64,000 nt of DNA from Octopus sinensis (lineage: Eukaryota): NCBI RefSeq assembly GCF_006345805.1, contig NC_043016.1, forward strand, positions 26,536,001 to 26,600,000, written 5' to 3'. This document shows, piece by piece, positions 56,300 through 64,000 of this stretch. The translations under genes and the position numbers were made by a program. The notes under the pieces are model-generated. The model was given only the letters and a program-made list of their open reading frames with translations, made no database searches and had not been told where the DNA came from. Numbering within the stretch: position 1 is the stretch's first letter; each line of letters opens with the position of its first letter.

Positions 56300-57200
56300 T
56301 CAATGCATCTTTAATCATTGCTTTTGTTTCTATATATAAGAATAGTATTGTCTTCATGTATAGCCGTTAATTTTCAGACATCACTTTGACATTTCCCGCC
56401 AGTGACAGTATAGTTGCATAAAAACGGGTAGTTTCCTTTGTCAATATAAAAAATTTTTTTCGTTCTGCTTTTCTTAATTTTTCTTCGCGAATGCTGTTAT
56501 CGGCATAATTAAAACAGCATGGTGTGGCATGCGAATTACGTTTTTATTCTCTTCCGTTTTACAAATCCAGTGTGCACGTGCGCATTGCATGTTCAAATTT
56601 CTCTTTCTGGTTCCTACTAAAAGCTGTTTACAAATCAGAACCATCTTACGGAGCTGCAGTCGTGAGGAGCTCTTCGCGCTCCGATAAAAAGAACTTCATA
56701 TTTTATTGACAATTTAGCATTTCTTTCAAAATGGCGTCGAGCCACAGGGGTAAAGTAAAACTCTCCTCCCGCCCAAAGCAAGAATGAAAAATAAAAAAAA
56801 GGAACCTTGCCAAGGTGACTAACAACAAACATGCTTTGCAAAATATTCAGTCGTGTTTTAAACATGGACAAATTTTAGTTTCTCAGACAAAGAACTGCAG
56901 CGAAGACAGCAATATCAACACACACAGAAATACCGTCGTACAAAAAGTTACTAGTATCGAAAGATCGCCATGAAGGGATTTTTTTTTCTTTTCTGTACCC
57001 TCGAAAGAACAAAAAAAAAGCGCTGGGTAGCGTGTAGGCCTGTATTTTACACATACAGAAAGGGGAAACTTATCGTATCTTCTGTCTGATATTCGGATTG
57101 AAAACAAAATTCGAAGACAAGTGGGACTTGTACGCGAAACAACTTGCCCAAAATCTTGTTTTCCGGTAGATGAGATAGCATAAAACAAAAATAGCTGGCC
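56300..57200. promoter_or_regulatory. Repeat-free, CpG-rich promoter-like island
   Basis: YY1-like CAAAATGGCG at 56727-56736, E-box CACGTG near 56575, TTCCGG near 57161, minus-strand donor CTCC|GTAAGA at 56649. Confidence 0.35.
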
Positions 57201-57850
57201 AACAATTTCTGGGAAGGAGATGACTTGGTTACATCGACCTCAGTGTTTGACTGGTACTTATTTTATTGACCCCGAAAGGATGAAAGGGGAAAGTCGACTC
57301 CAGAGGCATTTGAACTCAGAACATAAAGACAAACAAAATGTCGCTAAGCATTTTCTCCGACGTGCTAACGACTCTGCCAGCTTGCTTCCTTTATATAGCA
57401 AGTAATATCAGTTTCAAATTTTGGCACAAGGCCAGTAAGTTCGGGAGAGGGGGTAAATCAATTACACCGACCCTCAGTACTCAACTGTTATTTTATCAAT
57501 CCCGAAAGGATGAAAGGCAAATTCGACCTTGGCAGAAGTTGAACTCACACCGTAAAGACGAACGAAATGCCGCTAAGCATTTTGTCCGGCATGCTACCGA
57601 TTCTGTGAGCTTGCCGCCTTGATATGGCAACCAATATTAATTTTACATTTAAGGCGAATCGTTAGCACGCCGGGCAAAATGCTTGTCGGCATTTTCTCCA
57701 TCTTTACGTCCTAATTTCAAATTTCGCTAAGGTCGACTTTTCCTTTCATCTTTTCGTGGTTGATAAAATAAGTACCAGATGAGCACTGGGTCAATGTAAT
57801 TGACTTAACTTCTCTCCAGAAATTGCTTGCTGGCCTTTTGCCAAAATTTA
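57190..57850. mobile_element. Cluster of three SINE family B copies (-, -, +)
   Basis: Repeated gtcgac/aattcgaccttggc...gaactc...gctaagcattt motifs in both orientations. Confidence 0.75.
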
Positions 57851-57959
57851 AAACTAATATTAACTTCTATCGCATTGTTGTTTTTCTAAAGCAATGTGAA
57901 AGAACGATAAGGCCGCTAATAATAAGAAGTGATAATGTGATCGGGTAGGATTGAAATGG

Positions 57960-58370
57960 ACTTACTAACGCCTCCTCACAATCACAAGGCTTTGTTGCGG
58001 ATGAAGTCTGCTCCGTTAGCCATCCCACCACTTGTCCCAAACAGTCAAGCAAAGTGCTGTTGAAAGGCCTCTCACATCTGTTTCGATTTGAACACTTCAC
58101 GCTGTTCTAGTTCACCAAACCACCAAAGACCAAATGGTGGCTTTGTTGCCACGTTTAGCCTCCACCACACAGGTCCATCAGGATGCTTTTGTTCCCTCCC
58201 CGCGTACTTCGCATCTACTTAGCTCTGACAACGCATCCTTCGTGTTTGGTGTCGAAAAATTGATCGAGGGCTAATCTGGCCACCAACACGTCAGTCGCGA
58301 TGCCTGTCCTAAGCGCATCATCTAACTTTCTAACTAAATCTCCTTCTATTCTATTTCTCTCTTCCGTTAA
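57960..58370 (-). mobile_element. L1/Tx1-clade ORF2 fragment (endonuclease-RT linker)
   Basis: Minus-strand translation LDQFFDTKHEGCVVRAK...EAFQQHFA*LFG. Confidence 0.65.
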
Positions 58371-59034
58371 TGCCTTGCTAAACCACTTTCAAATTTCAGG
58401 CATAAGACCTGAAATTTGAGAGGAGGATAGTGGAATACATTGACCTCAATACTGAACTAGTGCTTATTTTATCGACCCTGAAAGGATGAAAAGCAAAATT
58501 GACCTTGGCGGCATTTGAAGATGAAGATGGGCGAAATGACACTAAACAATTTTCCCAACGAGCTTACAATTCTGTCAGCTCACTACCACCTTAATAATTA
58601 TAATAATCTTTTCTATCTCCGAAATCACCTGTCAATATCTCATAATTTGGTTTGACTAAGAAAGGACATATGTCTTCTAGGCAGTCTCCTGCATGCTTCA
58701 CTTTATGTTAAATCTTGATCCATGCTACACTCTATTAACTCCTACTCCATCGTCATATTTGTTGGCCGAGTTGCCACCAGCTCATATAACAATTTGAAGC
58801 AGTTCTCTTTGTTATCGTTTATGATAACTCTGTAACTGCCCAAGTCCCAGATGTTGAGATTTTTTTTTGTTTAATTTTTAATTGCTATTTATATTGTTTA
58901 CACGTGGAAAATCCATTGTATCGTCCCGTTATTGTCTTTTATGTAGTTGCATGTCCTTTAATGTTATTGTATGTGATCCCTAGTGGCTAATAAAAGAATG
59001 AATTATTATCATCATTAAACTTATCTGAACTATA

Positions 59035-60500
59035 ATTTGTGCGCTATGAGTCGGAGATGGAAGTGGATTTCGTCTCCTACCTTGGCAGTATGCAGCACCT
59101 CTTCAGCCAGGGATGGAGAGTTCAGCGAAAGACATACATGACACAAAGTCGACGTGCAAAAAGTAGAAGTTTCCGACGCTCGATGGTCTGTTCTTTGAGC
59201 TTTATTTTTATATGCCAAACTAATTCGGTATTCTCTTGATGGGTGTCTACTACAACTGATAGCAGATCGGGAGAATACCCAGTGTTGTGAGCCATGGTGT
59301 GGTAGTGCTGCTGAAAAACAACCCGAACAAGGGCAACCAACTACACACATTTAGACTTATGCAGACGACATCATCGTAATAGTGTCATACATCTTGGAAT
59401 TCAAGGTGAATGGCACTACGTTAAGGGTCTACAAAATGCTGACAGGAGCAAAGATTAACCAGAAATCGGTGAGCTTGGAGCTCGACACCTAGAAAGGTAG
59501 GTCCATGTCATTCGATAGCATTGTAGGGCCGGTTAAATTGCTTGGGTCTAGTCTGGTCCAGACTTCCAGGTGAAGAAGAACTGGGGGGAGGCGACGAGCA
59601 GGATGACCACTTTCACCTAGAAATGGGTACAGAGGAACTTGTCCCTGAAGGTTGGGTGGAGGTGGCGAATGCGTACTTCGCATCTAACACGTCACACAGT
59701 TTATCTGTTGTCAGCAGCCGCCAAGTGAAGGACTGAGTGTGCCGTGGCTCATCTCATTAACGGAGCAACAGTCCTAGATCAACTGTAGTTCAGCAAACTT
59801 TCACAGCCCTCAGCCAATGCAATCAATGGAAAATTCCACATTAGGGTTTTATAAATTAGTGGCAGGCAAGAGCGACGATGTCCTCGGGAAAAGTCTGGGC
59901 ATCAGTAGGATCAATTAGCTGGTCTTTTCCGGAGGACTTTTGGGGGCAGGGTCTATGGATAATTTTCAGAAATACCTGACCTGGCAGTGTTACCTGTGAC
60001 CTCTGCCAGTTCAAGACAAGCTCTACAGGCATGAAAGTGCTCTCAGACAGACCTTTCCAAGATGTACACAGGGGAATGAAACCTTTCTGCATGCACTCAT
60101 CCAGTGTCCGAGCATTGTTGACTTATGGAGCTTTGTCGAACAGCTGTTAATGCATGCAGGACAGATCCGTTTATCAGCAGAGTCCATCTTGAAGATCGCC
60201 CTGCAGTTTTCCTCTGTCTGGTGACTATGGTGAAAGATGTAATGTGGTGGGCGAGATTGAAAGGACTGAAGACAGATACTCTTCTCATCGACCAAGCCCT
60301 CATCAATGTTTTCAAGCTCCACTTGAAAAGGAAAGTGGGGGGGGTGCAGAGGGAAGTACTGTCGCCTACCAGAGAATTTTTGTTAAAAGGTGAAGCAATG
60401 TGACAAGGACAGCCTGTGTGAATGGGCCTACTCTGAACTTACACTTGAAAGTGGGAGGAGTTGAGGAGAGAAGCACCTGCTGAAATGCCTCTAGTGGCCG
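59035..60500 (+). mobile_element. Degenerate L1/Tx1-clade LINE ORF2 (RT and C-terminal zinc-binding region)
   Basis: GRIPSVVSHGVVVLLK..PNKG, YADD at about 59365, TGAKIN, HALIQCP..LW..VEQLL, WWARLKGL; many stops and indels. Confidence 0.85.
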
Positions 60501-60724
60501 AGGTAACCAAGATGCATGGGATTCCTTGGTTGTCTCCGGGGCAGAACTCCCCATTAAATTTTTTATTGTTGTTAATCAAACATCTCATTTTTTTACACAC
60601 TAATTTTTGTGCTAAACCTCACTTGTCCCTTGTGTTGTATTTCCCTTTTTTTGTGTTTTGTTTTCGACCCTTGTGACCAATAAAGAAATTATTATTATTA
60701 TTATTATTATCATTATTATTATTA

Positions 60725-61230
60725 TAGGCGATAAGCTGGCAGAATCGTTAGTACGCTGGGCGAAATGCTTAGCAGTATTTTGTCTGCCACTACGTTTTGA
60801 GTTCAAATTCCACGGAGGTCGACTTTGCCTTTCATCTTTTGGGAGTCGATAAATTAAGTATAAGTTAAGTACTAGGGTTGATGTGATCGACTGTCTCCCC
60901 TCCCTCCCCAGAAAATCCAGGTCTGAGTTCAAATTCCGCTGAAGTCGACCTTGCCTTTCATCCTTTCGGGATCGACTGGCCCTCTCCCCCAAAATTTCAG
61001 GCCATGTGTCTATAATAGAAAAGATTATTATTAAAGTGCGAGCTGGCAGAACTGTGTTAACATGCCAGACAAAATGTTTAGCGCCATTTTGTCTGTCTTT
61101 ACATTCTGAGTTCAAATTCCGCCTTTCATCTCTTCGCGGTTGATAAAATAAGTACCACTTAAAGACCAGGTGTGACATAATCCAGGTTCCTTCCTGAAGA
61201 ATTCAGGCCTTGTGCCTATAGTAGAAAGAA
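60725..61230 (+). mobile_element. Cluster of SINE family B copies
   Basis: Three partial heads and bodies following (TAT)n. Confidence 0.75.
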
Positions 61231-61524
61231 TGATTAGTATTCATTTCGGAAACAATTTACAGGCAGATAACAGTATATAATAAAAAAAAATTTAAAAATT
61301 AAAAACAAATACAAATTGTTTTTCTTTTTTTTTGTTACTTTCCCTTATCTTGCAGCAATTTATTTATTTATTCATTCATTCATATATCTCTGCCAGTCAC
61401 TCTGTCTGTTCCTTAGAATTTGATAATAAGAGTTGTTTGACATAACTGATATTTAAAAATATTTATTGTATCAAAATAGAGACTTCTTTCTTACCACCCC
61501 ATCCTTATATATATCCCAGTAAAC

Positions 61525-61566
<42 letters not shown>

Positions 61567-63536
61567 ATATATATATAAAGGTGGAAACTAAACAGAAAGA
61601 AAGATATATTTAATTTCTTCTCACATTCGATATTGAATAAAAACACAATATTTCCTAGATGACTTTTGAGGTTTGTAGAGGTGATTTGACAGTTGAAACG
61701 GATGAAGTATTAGAATGCCAGTTTAAAAGTCGGGAGATCAAATCTGTGGCTGATTAAAATGCATTTCTCCTCTTCCCTTTTTCATTTCAGAGAAGCATTA
61801 AAAATTCATGATATTTCGTATGTTCTTGCAATAAAAAATAAAACATTTACTTACAAATGTCTCAACTCATCGAGATTCATATTCACACAACTCACAACAA
61901 AGAGGTGAACTGGGAGAGTCATTTAAAGCTTTGAGGTATTTGTCCCAAAGCTTTGCTCTCTGAGTTCAAATCCTGCCGAAGTCAACTTTAGCCTTTTGTT
62001 TTACTAACAACTCCAGCACTGGACTCGATTCTTTTCTCTCACCCACACTCCCCATCTACAACGAAGAACGCGACCATGGTCAGACCTGGAGAAGAATGCG
62101 CTCTGCCATATTTAAAATACCCAAAAGACGGTATCATATTGAAGGTTTGAAGTAAGTCATAGCAAGATGAGAAAATAATATGAAGCTTTCTGAAGGTGAC
62201 AGAATCGTTAGCACATGGGACAAAATGCTTAGTGGCATTTCATCTGTCTTTACGTTCTGAGTTCAAATTCCGCCAAGGTCGACTTTGCCTTTCATCCTTT
62301 CAGAGTCAATAAAATAAGTACCAGATTAGCACTGGGGTCGATATAATCGACTTAGCCACTATTCTGAAATTGCTGACCTTGTGTCAAAATTTGAAACCTG
62401 ATTTGATATGTTTTATTTTTTGTTCGTTTGTTTTTTGTGGTGAGACACTGTACTTCTTCCAATCTATCGGAAATATTTAGGATTCATCGTCTTAAAAGAA
62501 TAGATACTATTATATAAAGAAGAACCAAAGCCGTTAGTCTCTGTGATTTATAATTTTCATAAATAAGCACAGGAGCATTAAGTTTGCTTCCCAACCATAT
62601 ATATATATGTGTGTATATATATATATATATCATGCGCAGGGACATAGAAATAACCAGACTGAATACCTGATCGCACAGTTAAACCATTGGGAGTGGAAGG
62701 ACTCCTAGCTTTCGTTAGGGCATCCTTCTAGGAGAAGGTAACTTAGGTAACTGGGATAACTCCGACATAAAACCTGCGGTTCAGTGGTTACCGATGATGT
62801 TGACTTGTTCTTCTTTTTGGATTATGGCTGCTGTTGCTTAGTGAGTGGGATTGGCTCAGTGCACAGCCTTTCCTCACTTTAAAAAAAAATCTTCTTGCAC
62901 AGGCATTGCACGATAATAACATTGATTAAGCTTTGTGCAATGGTCATACTCGATAATGAGGGGGCATCCACCATATATATATATATATATATACACATAC
63001 ACACACATATATATATATACATATGTAAACTTCCTCAAGGAATGAGAAGATGCAGGCTGGAAAGCAGAGCATTTTCCAATCGAAGTCAGATGTAGAGGGT
63101 TTGTTGGACATAGTGCGAAACCACTGTTGTTATCACGAGGCTTAACTCATCGTAAAGTAAATGCCACCATGATCGATATCCTAACTACAGCGGAAAAGAC
63201 TAGCCACTGGATTTGGTTAAAAAGAGATGATCAGCGAAAGCTAGAAGAATATGGAGCTATATTTAATAAACCACTTGATCTTGCAACATTTAGAAAGCTG
63301 CTAATTCCTAAATAACTGTGGTTTGCATGTATAGCAACTATGACTGCATGTCTTTTCACATTTTGAGTTAGCATAATATCTTGAAAGGCTTATCTGATAA
63401 AAAATAAATGATACAATAAATAATTTGAAGGTGTACACAACTGAAAATGGAATGTCCTCAAACAGCCCTCGCACCCTGAATATATACATTCATACATATA
63501 ATTATATATATATATATATATATATATAATTATATG

Positions 63537-63832
63537 TATCTGTAAATATAATATGTGACAATTATTCGGTAGCCAAGATAAAACTCTGAGTTCCGGATGC
63601 CAAGGTGGAAATCCACGTCACCACCTCTTCAGTTATCCAGCCATCGGAAAAAGATAGCGGTTTTCTGATGGCCGGATAACTGAAGAGATGGTGGCATGGA
63701 TTTCCACCTCAGCATCCGAACTCGGAGTTTTATCTTGGCTACCGAATAATTGTCACTTATTACATTTACAGATAAATTCCTCTATTTACATAATATTGGG
63801 GTCTCTTTCTTTTGTTATCTTACCATTTTTAT

Positions 63833-63840
<8 letters not shown>
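63537..63840. mobile_element. Palindromic (inverted terminal repeat) Penelope-like remnant
   Basis: About 110-bp arms at 63537-63649 and 63661-63774, each carrying a degenerate hammerhead; shares sequence with 12340-12385. Confidence 0.6.
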
Positions 63841-63890
<50 letters not shown>

Positions 63891-64000
63891 TGTCTAAATT
63901 AGGCAAAAATGAAAATAACTCTGACATCTCATTTTAACAGATATATTTACCAAAATTACATAAAAATATCTTGAAATACTAAAGAGTAAATTTATTCAAT

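Noticed and set aside
56650-56699. MKFFLSEREELLTTAAP as the KDM2 N-terminus
   Set aside because: Phase 2 at the donor, incompatible with the 44390 acceptor
57960-60500. Twin-priming (5' inversion) explanation for the opposed L1/Tx1 fragments
   Set aside because: The geometry fits, but the overlapping parts are strongly diverged and about 700 bp of unrelated DNA intervenes; separate insertions are simpler
61855-61880. Minus-strand ATG...|GTAAGT mini-exon (MNLDELRH) as the KDM2 start
   Set aside because: Ends in phase 2, but the next KDM2 exon needs phase 0; no other support
62630-62900. RTE-like 5' UTR segment examined for twister or HDV-like ribozymes
   Set aside because: I could not build either fold by eye; left as an unclassified retroelement fragment

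Overview
AT-rich, repeat-dense animal genomic DNA, most likely a coleoid cephalopod (Octopus-like). The taxon is inferred from the SINE families, not confirmed by a search. The window holds one clear gene: a minus-strand KDM2 (JHDM1 / FBXL10-11 orthologue) lysine demethylase. I resolved 15 coding exons by hand between 44390 and 27562, all GT-AG with consistent phases, giving about 1290 aa with JmjC, CXXC, PHD, F-box and LRR domains. The start-codon exon and the exon-14 donor are uncertain. The rest is tRNA-derived SINEs, CR1 and L1/Tx1 fragments, a dead mariner, Helitron-like and MITE elements, microsatellites, two tandem arrays and a 100-N gap. The most interesting non-coding signal is a set of type I hammerhead-ribozyme motifs in Penelope-like terminal repeats and palindromes. 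Two have intact catalytic cores (12401-12466 +, 17666-17709 -) and several are degenerate. Also notable are a CpG-depleted domain over the KDM2 body, a possible F-box-less KDM2 isoform, and orphan candidate exons. Repeat coordinates are approximate; all alignments, folds and translations were done by eye.
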